A stretch of 41,116 nucleotides of DNA from Rhodospirillales bacterium (lineage in GTDB: Bacteria > Pseudomonadota > Alphaproteobacteria > Rhodospirillales > 2-12-FULL-67-15): NCBI GenBank assembly GCA_009693905.1, contig SHWG01000002.1:1-41116 (forward strand), written 5' to 3'. The notes beneath the pieces were generated by a model. The model was not told the DNA's origin. It did no database searches and saw nothing but the letters and a program-made list of their open reading frames with translations. Numbering within the stretch: the stretch's first letter is position 1; every line of letters begins with the position of its first letter. The position numbers and the translations under genes are program-made. Positions 20,032-30,270 of this stretch are shown in pieces.

Positions 20032-20219
20032 GCGATCATACGGCACACCTCCCCCTCACCCTCCCCTCTCCCCCCGCAAGTGGCGGGGGGAGAGGGTTGC
20101 CCCGCCGGCTTTGCCGGCAACCGTTTTTCGCGCGCGAAGAGCGCGCGAGGGGGGTTGGCGCGGCGCTCGGGCCGCGCCTTACCCGGAGCTGGGTGAGGGG
20201 GGCGATGCCAATCGATCGC
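20032..20219 (+). repeat. Mosaic BIME/MITE-like intergenic repeat, copy A (livK-livH spacer)
   Basis: Terminal inverted CCCCCTCACCC (20051-61) and GGGTGAGGGGG (20191-201), with imperfect outer arms GCGATC...GATCGC. Internal hairpin cassettes: CTCTCCCCCCGC-loop-GCGGGGGGAGAG, GCCGGC-TTT-GCCGGC, CGCGCG-AAGAG-CGCGCG, GGCGCGGC-loop-GCCGCGCC. Confidence 0.85.
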
Positions 20220-20234
20220 AACCTACCCTGGTCG

Positions 20235-21392
20235 TTACGGCTTCGCGACTTTGCCGTCCTTGATCTGGACGATATAGACGTTGGGCACGCTCTGGCCGCT
20301 TTCCTGGCCGGCCGGGCCGCCGTGCTTGATGAAGGCGATGTTGCCGTTGACGCCCTTGACCTTGGTTTTCCAGAGCGCTTCCTGGATCGCCTTGGGTTCG
20401 GCCTTGCCCGCGATCTTGATCGCTTCGACGATGGTGTGGATGCCATCCCAGCCGCGGAAGCCCTCGGTCAGGCCCGCGAACTCGTAGTTCTTCTTCTTCC
20501 ACTCGTCGACGAAGGCCCGAGCGACGTCGGCGTTGGACGCCATCTCCGGGAACCACGGCGCGAAGAAGAGGATGTGCTGGCTGCCGTTCGCCGCCGCGCC
20601 GGCCTGCGCGATCAACTGATCGGGCGAGGATGAGCCGCCGGTGGTGATGATCCGGTGCGCCAAGCGCTGCTCGGCCGCCTGCTTGAGCACGAGCGTGATC
20701 TGCTCGACGCCGGAGGTGACGAACAGGGTGTCGCCGCCCGATTGCTTGATCTTGGCGAGCTGGGCGGAAAGATCGGTCGCGGCGGGGTCCATGACCTCGG
20801 TGATTCCGACCGTGACTTTCTTGCCGTCCAGCATCTTGCGGAACTCGTCCGAAGCGCCGCGGCCGAAGTCGTTGTTGACGGCGAGGAAGTCCGCTTTCTT
20901 GATCGCGGGCTTGAATTCGTCGAGCTTGCCGCCGAACACCTGGGCTTCCATTTCCGAGGTCGGGCTGATGCGGAATATCCACGGATTGCCCGAGGTGGTG
21001 ATCTTGCCCGAAGACGACGTCTCGACCAGCATCGGCACGCCGTACTCGATCAGCTTCGGCATGATCGCCAGCGTGTAGGTCGAGCTCCACGCTCCCATCA
21101 TCACCGGCACCTTGTCGCGGACGATGAGCTTCTCCGCGGTGGCGACGGCTTCCTTGGGATTGCTTTTGTTGTCCTCGATGATCAGTTGTATTTTACGCCC
21201 GAGTACGCCGCCCTGGCGATTGATCGCCTCTTCGGCGATCCGCGCGCCGTTGGTGACGTAGTTGCCCGACGCCGCCACCGCTCCGGTGAGCGGCTGGGTG
21301 ACGCCGATCTTGATCGCTTCCTGGGCCGCCGCGTCGCCGGCGGCGAACGCCGCCAGAGTCAGGGCCAGGATCGTGGAACTTTTCCTCAACAT
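20235..21392 (-). CDS. livK: Leu/Ile/Val-type periplasmic substrate-binding protein LivK
   Basis: 385 aa with a signal peptide (MLRKSSTILALTLAAFAAGDAAAQ) and type-1 PBP features. Strong SD AAGGAGGA 7 nt upstream of the ATG. Confidence 0.88.
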   Translation of the reverse strand: MLRKSSTILALTLAAFAAGDAAAQEAIKIGVTQPLTGAVAASGNYVTNGARIAEEAINRQGGVLGRKIQLIIEDNKSNPKEAVATAEKLIVRDKVPVMMGAWSSTYTLAIMPKLIEYGVPMLVETSSSGKITTSGNPWIFRISPTSEMEAQVFGGKLDEFKPAIKKADFLAVNNDFGRGASDEFRKMLDGKKVTVGITEVMDPAATDLSAQLAKIKQSGGDTLFVTSGVEQITLVLKQAAEQRLAHRIITTGGSSSPDQLIAQAGAAANGSQHILFFAPWFPEMASNADVARAFVDEWKKKNYEFAGLTEGFRGWDGIHTIVEAIKIAGKAEPKAIQEALWKTKVKGVNGNIAFIKHGGPAGQESGQSVPNVYIVQIKDGKVAKP

Positions 21393-21441
21393 GATGGTTA
21401 TCCTCCTTGGTTTTGAAGTCGTCGGTTGGGCTAAACGCGCG

Positions 21442-21458
21442 GCCCTGGTGCCCAGGGC
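21442..21458. terminator. Short GC hairpin between coxG and livK (candidate terminator)
   Basis: GCCCTGG-TGC-CCAGGGC. The T-run (TCCTTGTTGTTTTCG) is on the plus-strand side, and only CGCGCGTTT follows on the minus strand, where the genes lie. Orientation and function are therefore ambiguous. Confidence 0.25.
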
Positions 21459-21537
21459 TCCTTGTTGTTTTCGTCCTCTTAAGTCCAGGCTAGCATCCGT
21501 TCCCGGGATGGGCGAGTCCGTCCCGGCCCGTTCCCGG

Positions 21538-22131
21538 TCACGATCCTCCTTCGCGGCGGCCGAACAGGCGGGCGAAAAATCCCTTGATCCAATCGCGGAT
21601 CATGGCGAAAGCGAGCGCGCCCGCGTTCAAGGCCTCGCCCGTCTTCGCTTCGGCGGGCTGGCCAGCCGGCACCGGGGCCCCGGCGGCGGCGAGCCGGGCC
21701 TCGAGATTGCGGGCGAATTCGGCGCCGAGGCGCCGCGCGATCTCCTCGACCAGCGCGCCGCGGCTGAACTGGGCGAGCGTTCCGGTGAGCGAAAAATCGA
21801 CCGCGATGTCGACTCGGGTCGCCGCGCCTTCGTCGCTCGCCTTGAACTCGACCTCGGCGCGGACGCGCGAATTGTTCTTGCGATCCATGCCCTGGCCGCG
21901 AATGGTCCCGGTGTAGGTCGCGTCGTTCATGGCGAGTTCGCCCTCGCCGGCGAAGGCGGCGACGATCGGGCCGAGCTTGACCCACATCTCGCCCGCGATC
22001 TTGCCCCCTTCGGGCGGCTGGGTGAGCGCCGCGCCGGGCATGCACGTCACCACTCGCTCGACGTCGGCGAGCATCCGCCACACAACCGCGAGCGGGAATT
22101 TAATGTTGAAGCTTTGCGCGATCTGGGGCAT
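21538..22131 (-). CDS. coxG: CoxG/SRPBCC-family accessory protein of the molybdenum hydroxylase
   Basis: Internal ATG 22131 of ORF 21538..22632. MPQIAQSFNIKFPLAVVWRMLADVERVVTCMPGA is CoxG-like, with a hydrophobic/amphipathic C-terminal tail. Confidence 0.8.
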   Translation of the reverse strand: MPQIAQSFNIKFPLAVVWRMLADVERVVTCMPGAALTQPPEGGKIAGEMWVKLGPIVAAFAGEGELAMNDATYTGTIRGQGMDRKNNSRVRAEVEFKASDEGAATRVDIAVDFSLTGTLAQFSRGALVEEIARRLGAEFARNLEARLAAAGAPVPAGQPAEAKTGEALNAGALAFAMIRDWIKGFFARLFGRREGGS

Positions 22132-22148
22132 GGCTCGGATGTTTCCCT

Positions 22149-22625
22149 TCAGGTCTTTGTTTTCTTGCGCGCGTCGAGCACCCGGCGGATCGCCCGGACG
22201 ATGCCGCCGTAGCCGGTGCAGCGGCAAAGGTTCCCGCTCATCTCGATCCGTACCGCGCGATCGTCGGCGGCGGGCTTGCGCAGCACCAGGTCGCGCGCCG
22301 AGACCAGCATGCCCGGCGTGCAGAAGCCGCATTGCAATCCGTGTTCGGCGGCAAACGCCTCGCGGAGTTCGATCATCACCGGATCGTTCACGAGTCCCTC
22401 GAGCGTCGTGACCTGGCCGCCCTCGCAGGCGACCGCCAAGGTGATGCAGCTTCGCACCGGCCGGCCGTCGAGCAGCACCGTGCACGCGCCGCAGACGCCG
22501 TGCTCGCAGCCCAAGTGGGTCGCGGTGAGCAACTGCTGCTCGCGCAGGAAATCGCCGAGATGGGTGCGCGGCTCGACCGAGGCCGCGATCTTTTTTCCGT
22601 TCACGCCGAGCGCGAGGTTTTTCAT
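22149..22625 (-). CDS. [2Fe-2S] small subunit of a xanthine-dehydrogenase-family hydroxylase (CoxS-like)
   Basis: 158 aa with CEHGVCGACTV and CGFCTPGM cluster motifs. ATGA overlap with the coxM-like stop. Confidence 0.9.
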   Translation of the reverse strand: MKNLALGVNGKKIAASVEPRTHLGDFLREQQLLTATHLGCEHGVCGACTVLLDGRPVRSCITLAVACEGGQVTTLEGLVNDPVMIELREAFAAEHGLQCGFCTPGMLVSARDLVLRKPAADDRAVRIEMSGNLCRCTGYGGIVRAIRRVLDARKKTKT

Positions 22626-23437
22626 GGCGCACGGGCTTCCGCGATGGCGCGCTTGAGCGCGACGTGATGGATGCGGATTTGGTAGGCGTCGTCGCCCAAA
22701 GGCGTGCCCGCGAATAGGGCGGAGACCCAGGCCTCGCCCGGGTCCCGCTCGGCGATCTTGGCGTCGTCGACGACGATCGGGGGGCCCGAGACCGCGCCGA
22801 TCACCGCGCGCGCGAATTTGCGCGCCGGGTCGATCAGAACCACCCCGGTGGCGTGCGAGAACTCGCCCGCCTTGCGGCATATTTTTGCGTAGCCCCAGCG
22901 CGCGTTCGCCGACAGCGCCGGAATCCGGATTTCAACGACCAGTTCGCCGGGCCCAAGCGCGGTCTCGAACGTACCCCGGATAAAGTCCTTGGCCGGCACG
23001 GTTCGCCGCCCGCCCGTTCTCGCGACGACCACGTCGGCGCCGAGGGCGGCCAAAACCGAGACCCAGTCGGCGGCGGGATCGGCGTGCGCCAAGCTCCCGC
23101 CGACGGTGCCGCGGTTGCGGACCGCGCGATAGGCGATCCCGGCGGCCACCCGCGCGAGCACGCCCCGGGTGGGATCGGGAGTGCCGCCGTCCTCCAGCGC
23201 CGCGTGGGTGACGCAGGCGCCGAGGACGAGAAAACCTTTTTCTTCGCGGATCGACGCCAACTCGGGGATCGCGGTGATGTCGACCAAGAGTTCCGGCTGG
23301 ACCAGGCGCAAATTCAGCATCGGCCCGAGCGACTGGGAGCCGGCGAGCGGCTTGGCGTTCAAGTCCTCGCGCCCGAGCAATTTGAGCGCCGCATCGAGGG
23401 TCGCCGGCCGCTCGTAATCGAAATCGACCGGTTTCAC
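22622..23437 (-). CDS. FAD-binding medium subunit (CoxM-like)
   Basis: 271 aa with AGSQSLGPMLNLR and a CO-dehydrogenase flavoprotein C-terminal domain. The GTG start forms a GTGA overlap with the large-subunit stop. Confidence 0.88.
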   Translation of the reverse strand: MKPVDFDYERPATLDAALKLLGREDLNAKPLAGSQSLGPMLNLRLVQPELLVDITAIPELASIREEKGFLVLGACVTHAALEDGGTPDPTRGVLARVAAGIAYRAVRNRGTVGGSLAHADPAADWVSVLAALGADVVVARTGGRRTVPAKDFIRGTFETALGPGELVVEIRIPALSANARWGYAKICRKAGEFSHATGVVLIDPARKFARAVIGAVSGPPIVVDDAKIAERDPGEAWVSALFAGTPLGDDAYQIRIHHVALKRAIAEARAP

Positions 23438-25863
23438 GGTTTATTCCCCGCCGCGAGCGAATCGTCGTGCGAATGCACGCCGAGCGGCGTGACGCGGCGA
23501 CCGTTTGTTGGCCCGCCTACCGGCGGGACGGCCGCGGCGATCGCCGCGAACACGCGCTTGGGCGACATCGGCGTATCGGTGAGCGTGGCGCCGAGCGGCT
23601 TCAGCGCGTCGTTGATCGCGTTGCAGATCGCCGCCGGCGGCGCGATGGCGCCGCCCTCGCCGATGCCTTTCTGGCCGAACTCGGTCAAGGGCGACGGCGT
23701 GGTCATGTGCACGATTCGGATCGGCGGAATCTCGGGGAATCCGGGCACCAGATAGTCGGCGAAGGTGGAGGCGAGCGGCTGGCCCTCGGCATCGAAGGGC
23801 ACCTCTTCGTACAGCGCCGTTCCGATTCCTTGCGCGATGCCGCCCAGAACCTGCCCTTCCACCACCATCGGGTTGAGCATGACGCCGGCATCCTCGACCA
23901 CCACGTAATCGAGAATCTCGACCGCGCCGGTTTCCGTGTCCACCGCCACGACCACGGCGTGACTGGCGTACGAAAACGTGCCCTGGTCCGACTTCGGCTT
24001 GTAGCCGGCGGTGACGTCGAGGCCGCCCGGGTCCACGTCCGACGGCAGAAGCTGCGGCGCCCGGTACCAGACCCGCGCGATCTCGGCCAACGGCACGTGG
24101 CCCAAGCCGGCGCGCACAAAGCCGTTCTCGAATTTGGCGTCTCCCGGTTTTGCCTGGAGGAGATGGGCGCCGATCTTCGTCGCGCGCTCGACCAGAACCT
24201 TGCACGCCGCCGCGACCGCGCCGCCCCCCATGACCGCCGCGCGCGAGCCCCAGGTGCCGGTCGAGAACGGCGTCAACCCCGTATCGCCGTGCACCACCTT
24301 GATCTTGGAAATATCGACGCCGAGAACCTGGTGCGCGACCTGGGCCAGCGTCGTTTCCATGCTCTGGCCGTGGGATTGCAGGCCGACGCGGATCTCGATC
24401 CCGCCGTCGGGAGTGATGCGCGCCTGGGCCAGCTCGTGTCCGGGCACCATGGGAATGCCCCAGCCGTGATAGACGGCGGTGCCGTGCCCGGCCTGTTCGC
24501 AGTAGATCGCCAAGCCAAGCCCGATCCGGCGCCCGTCCGCCTCGCCTTTCTTTTGGCGCTTGCGGATGCCGGCGAGGTCGATGGCGGCGACGGCCCGGCG
24601 CATCGATTCGGGGTAATCGCCGCTGTCGAAATGCTTTTTGGTGACGTTGACGAACGGCATCTTCTCGGGCGGAACGAGATTGAGAAGCCGGACCTCGTGC
24701 GGCTCGCGCCCGACCGCACCCGCGATCGCGTCCATGATCTGCTCGATGGCGAAGCAGACGCCGGTGCGCGCGACCCCGCGATAAGGCACGATCGGCGGCT
24801 TGTTGGTGCACACCGAAACGGCGTGGCAGCGATAATGAGCGAAGTCGTAGGGCCCGGGCAGGATGCTGCCGACTTGGCCCACCTCGAGGCAGGCCGAGAA
24901 GGGATAGGCCGAATAGGCGCCGGCATCGACGAGGACCCGGGCGTCGAGCCCGAGCAGGCGGCCCGTTGCGTCGGCGTAAGCGGTAATGTCGTAGCGGTGC
25001 TCGCGGGCGTTCGCCGCCGCGACCAGGTGCTCGCGCCGGTCCTCGGTCCAGCGCACCGGATGGTCGAGCGCCCGGGCGAGCCAGGCGGCGATCACCTCCT
25101 CGGCCTGCAACAGCCCCTTCCAGCCGAAGCCGCCGCCGACGTCGGGCGCGATCACCCGGATCAAACCCTGATCGACGCCGAGACACTCGGCCAGACCCTG
25201 GCGGACGATGTGCGGCATCTGGGTCGAGGTATGAACCGTGAGTTGTTCCGCTTGACGCTCCCACACCGCGACCACGCCCTTGCCTTCCAGGGGCACCATG
25301 CACTGGCGGGCCATGCGGATCTGGCGCGAAACCTTGATCGGCGCGCTGGCCGCGATTGTCTCGATGTCGCCCACGACCGTATCGGCTTCGAGAAAGAGGT
25401 TGTCGCTCCAATGATCGTGAATTTTGGACTTGGGCGCGCGCGCGGATTCGAGCGTGTCGGCATTGACCGGCAATTCCTCGAAGTCGATCTCCACCAGGGC
25501 GGCGATATCCTCGGCTTCGGCGCGGGTGCGCCCGACGCAGGCCGCGACCGGCTCGCCGACGAAGCGGACCTTGCCGTCGGCCAACGGCGGCTGGTCGGAA
25601 ATCTTGAATCCGGGAAGGCCCGAGACGGCGCGGATCGGCTTGACGCCCCCCTTGGCCAAGTCGGCCCAGGTAAAGACCGCGCCTTGGTGTTCGGGCGGAA
25701 CACGGATCGCGCGGATGCGGGCGTGCGCGAGCGGGCTCCGAACCAAGGCGATATCCTTCATCCCGACCAGCGCGATGTCGCCCGTGAAGCGGCCGCGCCC
25801 CTTGAGCAGGCGCTCGTCCTCGCGCCTGCGGACCGCCGCGCCCACGCCCATGCCCTCGGCCAT
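23434..25863 (-). CDS. Molybdopterin-binding large subunit (CoxL-like, not the CO-dehydrogenase signature)
   Basis: ATG 25863 is preceded by GGAGGAGG. 809 aa aldehyde oxidase/xanthine dehydrogenase fold. The active-site loop reads VPYRGVART, not AYXCSFR (form I) or AYRGAGR (form II). The C-terminal tail (RRVTPLGVHSHDDS) is repeat-encoded. Confidence 0.88.
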   Translation of the reverse strand: MAEGMGVGAAVRRREDERLLKGRGRFTGDIALVGMKDIALVRSPLAHARIRAIRVPPEHQGAVFTWADLAKGGVKPIRAVSGLPGFKISDQPPLADGKVRFVGEPVAACVGRTRAEAEDIAALVEIDFEELPVNADTLESARAPKSKIHDHWSDNLFLEADTVVGDIETIAASAPIKVSRQIRMARQCMVPLEGKGVVAVWERQAEQLTVHTSTQMPHIVRQGLAECLGVDQGLIRVIAPDVGGGFGWKGLLQAEEVIAAWLARALDHPVRWTEDRREHLVAAANAREHRYDITAYADATGRLLGLDARVLVDAGAYSAYPFSACLEVGQVGSILPGPYDFAHYRCHAVSVCTNKPPIVPYRGVARTGVCFAIEQIMDAIAGAVGREPHEVRLLNLVPPEKMPFVNVTKKHFDSGDYPESMRRAVAAIDLAGIRKRQKKGEADGRRIGLGLAIYCEQAGHGTAVYHGWGIPMVPGHELAQARITPDGGIEIRVGLQSHGQSMETTLAQVAHQVLGVDISKIKVVHGDTGLTPFSTGTWGSRAAVMGGGAVAAACKVLVERATKIGAHLLQAKPGDAKFENGFVRAGLGHVPLAEIARVWYRAPQLLPSDVDPGGLDVTAGYKPKSDQGTFSYASHAVVVAVDTETGAVEILDYVVVEDAGVMLNPMVVEGQVLGGIAQGIGTALYEEVPFDAEGQPLASTFADYLVPGFPEIPPIRIVHMTTPSPLTEFGQKGIGEGGAIAPPAAICNAINDALKPLGATLTDTPMSPKRVFAAIAAAVPPVGGPTNGRRVTPLGVHSHDDSLAAGNKP
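23462..23527 (-). repeat. Palindromic mini-element, HSHD module plus degenerate head, coxL-like 3' tail
   Basis: TCGTCGTGCGAATGCACGCC-GAGC-GGCGTGACGCG is identical to the murG copy except for the loop, followed by ...GCCCGCCTACCGGCGGG. Encodes PPVGGPTNGRRVTPLGVHSHDDS. Confidence 0.85.
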
Positions 25864-26003
25864 TTCGCCTCCTCCCTGGCGGGAAGAAACAACTATTGCG
25901 CCGGGGTTTGATTTTATCAAGTCGTTATATTGATGCATTTTTATTGCCCTGTTTTCCTAATGTAGATATCATTCAAAAAACCCAGTTGGGAGAGCGCGTT
26001 TCC
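25864..26003. promoter_or_regulatory. AT-rich divergent control region between the hydroxylase operon and the PLP/CoA-transferase/LLM operon
   Basis: The only markedly AT-rich spacer in the block. Perfect palindrome TTGAT-TTT-ATCAA at 25908-25920. An extra TTGAT half-site at 25930-25934 overlaps an ATGCAT palindrome. Confidence 0.4.
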
Positions 26004-27482
<1,479 letters not shown>

Positions 27483-27498
27483 ACGGAGAGACCGGACC

Positions 27499-28470
27499 TT
27501 GCCCCAAACCCCGCCCGTCAAACCCTACGCCCAGCTCCGCGCCGAAACCGCCGGGCGCGACCGCAGTTTGCACGACAAGGTCGTGACGCTCGACGCCGCC
27601 GCCGCGCTGATCCGTGACGGCGAGCACGTCGCCATCGGCGGCTGCATGATGTCGCGCACGCCGTCCGCCCTGATCTGGGCGCTGGTCCGGGCCAGGCGCC
27701 GGAACCTCACCTTTTCGCGCAGCATCGTTTCGTCCGACGGCGATATCGTCTTCGCTTCCGGCATCGCCAAGAAAGTCATTACGTCCTGGTTCAGCCAAGG
27801 CATCGTCTGGGGCATCTCGCGGGTCATGCGCGCCTGGACCGAATCGGGCCGGGCCGAGTTCGAGGAATGGAGCCACATGTCGATGGGGCTCCGCTACCGC
27901 GCCGGGGCCATGGGGCTGCCCTTCATGCCGACCCGCTCGATGATGGGTTCCGATGTCGGCCGCCTTCGCGCCGGCACGACCAAGGACTTCGTCTGCCCGT
28001 TCACCGGCGAAAAATTATTGCTCCTTCCCGCCCTCAACCCCGACGTCGCCATCATCCACGTCCAGCGCTGCGACCAGTTTGGCAATCCACAAATCGACGG
28101 CCTGCCGTTCATGGACCACGACCTCGCGCTGGCCGCCAAGCGCGTGATCCTGACCACCGAGCGCATCGTTTCCAACGACCAGATCCGCCGCCAGCCGGAC
28201 CAGACCGCGTTTCCGTTCTTCACCGTCGAGGCGGTCGCCGAAGTTCCTTACGGCTCGGCCCCGCACGAGTGCTACGGGCTCTACGAGCCCTTCTTCAAGC
28301 ACATGGACCTGTTCGCCGAGATGACCCGCGCCGACGTCGAAAAGGGCGTCGAGGATTATCTCAAGCGCTTCTACTTCGAGCCGAAATCCTGGACCGAGTA
28401 TCTCGATCGCCTCGGCCTGAACGATCTGTTGGTCGCCACTCGCGCCGGCAGGAGCATCTACGATGACTAG
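27499..28470 (+). CDS. CoA-transferase subunit A (glutaconate-CoA-transferase-like, family I)
   Basis: 323 aa with LDAAAALIRDGEHVAIGG and GLPFMPTRS motifs typical of GctA-like alpha subunits. TTG start with GGAGAG 8 nt upstream; the start is uncertain. Confidence 0.8.
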   Translation: MPQTPPVKPYAQLRAETAGRDRSLHDKVVTLDAAAALIRDGEHVAIGGCMMSRTPSALIWALVRARRRNLTFSRSIVSSDGDIVFASGIAKKVITSWFSQGIVWGISRVMRAWTESGRAEFEEWSHMSMGLRYRAGAMGLPFMPTRSMMGSDVGRLRAGTTKDFVCPFTGEKLLLLPALNPDVAIIHVQRCDQFGNPQIDGLPFMDHDLALAAKRVILTTERIVSNDQIRRQPDQTAFPFFTVEAVAEVPYGSAPHECYGLYEPFFKHMDLFAEMTRADVEKGVEDYLKRFYFEPKSWTEYLDRLGLNDLLVATRAGRSIYDD

Positions 28471-29239
28471 TTTGTTGCAACGCAACTACACCTCGTCGGA
28501 ACTGCTCGCGGTGATGGCGAGCCGCACGTTGGCCGACGGCCAGACCGTGTTCGCCGGGGTCGGCATCCCGCTGCTCGCCGCCACGCTGGCCCAGCGCCTG
28601 CACGCCCCCGGGATCACGCTGTTGTTCGAGGGCGGCGTGCTCGGGCCGTTCATCGTGCCGGGCGAGCTGCCGCCCTCGACCAACGAGCAGCGCTGCACTC
28701 GCCGCGCCAATATGATTCTCCCGATCACCGACGTATTGCTGCTGCTCCAGCGCGGCTACGTCGATATCGGATTCCTCGGCGGCGCCCAGATCGACCGTTA
28801 CGGCAACATCAACACCTCGTTCATCGGCGATCCCGCCAAGCCCAAAACCCGATTGCCCGGCACCGGCGGCGGCAACGATATCGCCAGCCTCGCCAAGATC
28901 GTCGTCGCCATGAAACACGAAAAACGCCGCTTCGTCGAAAAAGTGGACTTCATCACCAGCCCCGGATTCCTCTCCGGCGGCGACAGCCGCGCGCGCGCCG
29001 GGTTGCCGACCGGAGGCATGCACAAGATCGTCACCGACTTGGCGATTCTCGGCGTCGATCCGGCGAGCAAGAAACTCCGGGTCGAGGCGCTGCATCCGGG
29101 CGTCGCCGCCGACCAGGTGCGCGCCAACACCGGATTCTCGATCGACTTCGCGCCCAACGCGACCGTCACCGACTTGCCGACCGGACGGGAGCTTGAAGTT
29201 TTGCGCCAGCTCGACCCGGCGCAACTTTACACCGCCTGA
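28463..29239 (+). CDS. CoA-transferase subunit B
   Basis: 258 aa with YTSSELLAVMASRTLADGQTVFAGVGIP and LPGTGGGNDIAS. Overlaps subunit A by 8 nt. Confidence 0.8.
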   Translation: MTSLLQRNYTSSELLAVMASRTLADGQTVFAGVGIPLLAATLAQRLHAPGITLLFEGGVLGPFIVPGELPPSTNEQRCTRRANMILPITDVLLLLQRGYVDIGFLGGAQIDRYGNINTSFIGDPAKPKTRLPGTGGGNDIASLAKIVVAMKHEKRRFVEKVDFITSPGFLSGGDSRARAGLPTGGMHKIVTDLAILGVDPASKKLRVEALHPGVAADQVRANTGFSIDFAPNATVTDLPTGRELEVLRQLDPAQLYTA

Positions 29240-29270
29240 CGCTTTCACATCTTCGCCCGAGGTAAACCCC

Positions 29271-30224
29271 ATGCCCAACACGACCGTCATGTCCGGCATC
29301 GCCATGCGCAACTTCACCCGGTTCCCGGAAATCCCCGACGCGCGCGCGCTGCTCGAATACGGCGTCTGGGTCGAGCAACTCGGATTCGAATCCCTTTGGG
29401 TGTGGGACCACATCTTGCTCGGCACCGATCCGCATTTTCCGATCTGCGATTCGCTGACCATGCTGACCGCGGTCGCGGCGCGCACCACCAAGATAAAACT
29501 CGGCACCGGAATCCTCGTTTTGCCGCTCCGCAATCCGCTGTTGCTCGCCAAGCAGGTTGCGACGCTCGATCAGCTTTCCGGCGGCCGCGTGATCCTCGGC
29601 ATGGCTTCGGGCTGGTACAAGCGCGAGTTCGACGCGGTCGGCGTGCCGTTCGAGCAGCGCGGCAAGATCATGGACAAGAACCTCGAAATCCTCACCCGGC
29701 TCTGGACCGAGCCCTCGGTCTCGGCCGAGATGCCGCCCTACAACATGCGCAGCGCGGTGATGTACCCGAAGCCGGCGTCGAAGCCGCGCCCGCAGATTTT
29801 GATCGGCGGCTACGTCGAGGCGGTGCTCAAGCGCGCGGGCGAGAAGAGCGACGGTTGGCTCACGTATTTTTACAAGCCCGAGGGATTCACGACCGGCTGG
29901 AAGAAGGTCTGCGACTACGCGCGCGCGGCGGGGCGCGACCCGGCCAAGATGCAAAGCACCAACCAGCTTCCGATCATGATCGGCAAAAGCCGCGAGGCGG
30001 TGAAGCCGAAAATGATGGAGTGGCTAAGCACCGAGTGGGACATCGCGTCGTGGAGCGAATCGACGCCCGAGAGCGCGATCATCGGCACCGTCGACGATTG
30101 CCTCGCCCAGCTTAAGGAACACGTGGCGGCGGGAGTCGACCGGATTATCTTCGTCCCCTACCGCTACGAACGCGAGCAGATCGAAATCATCGCCCGCGAG
30201 ATCGTGCCCAAGCTCGGGAAGTGA
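29271..30224 (+). CDS. Luciferase-like (LLM class) flavin/F420-dependent oxidoreductase
   Basis: Internal ATG 29271. FESLWVWDHILLG...LGTGILVLPLRNP...LDQLSGGRVILGMASGW is a typical LLM TIM-barrel. The cofactor cannot be determined from sequence by eye. Confidence 0.8.
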   Translation: MPNTTVMSGIAMRNFTRFPEIPDARALLEYGVWVEQLGFESLWVWDHILLGTDPHFPICDSLTMLTAVAARTTKIKLGTGILVLPLRNPLLLAKQVATLDQLSGGRVILGMASGWYKREFDAVGVPFEQRGKIMDKNLEILTRLWTEPSVSAEMPPYNMRSAVMYPKPASKPRPQILIGGYVEAVLKRAGEKSDGWLTYFYKPEGFTTGWKKVCDYARAAGRDPAKMQSTNQLPIMIGKSREAVKPKMMEWLSTEWDIASWSESTPESAIIGTVDDCLAQLKEHVAAGVDRIIFVPYRYEREQIEIIAREIVPKLGK

Positions 30225-30270
30225 GCCGCGGGCGATGGGGGTGGGCGATGGGGCGATGGATCAGGGATTC

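Noticed and set aside
21538-25863. Calling the locus aerobic carbon-monoxide dehydrogenase (coxMSL)
   Set aside because: The large-subunit loop reads VPYRGVART, not the form-I or form-II CODH signature, and the gene order differs. It is annotated only as a xanthine-dehydrogenase-family hydroxylase.
30229-30260. Three GGCGATGG direct repeats just after the LLM stop codon, as a possible regulatory array
   Set aside because: They are very short, irregularly spaced (13 and 8 nt) and sit in a convergent spacer with no downstream promoter target. They are probably part of the degenerate repeat D flank.
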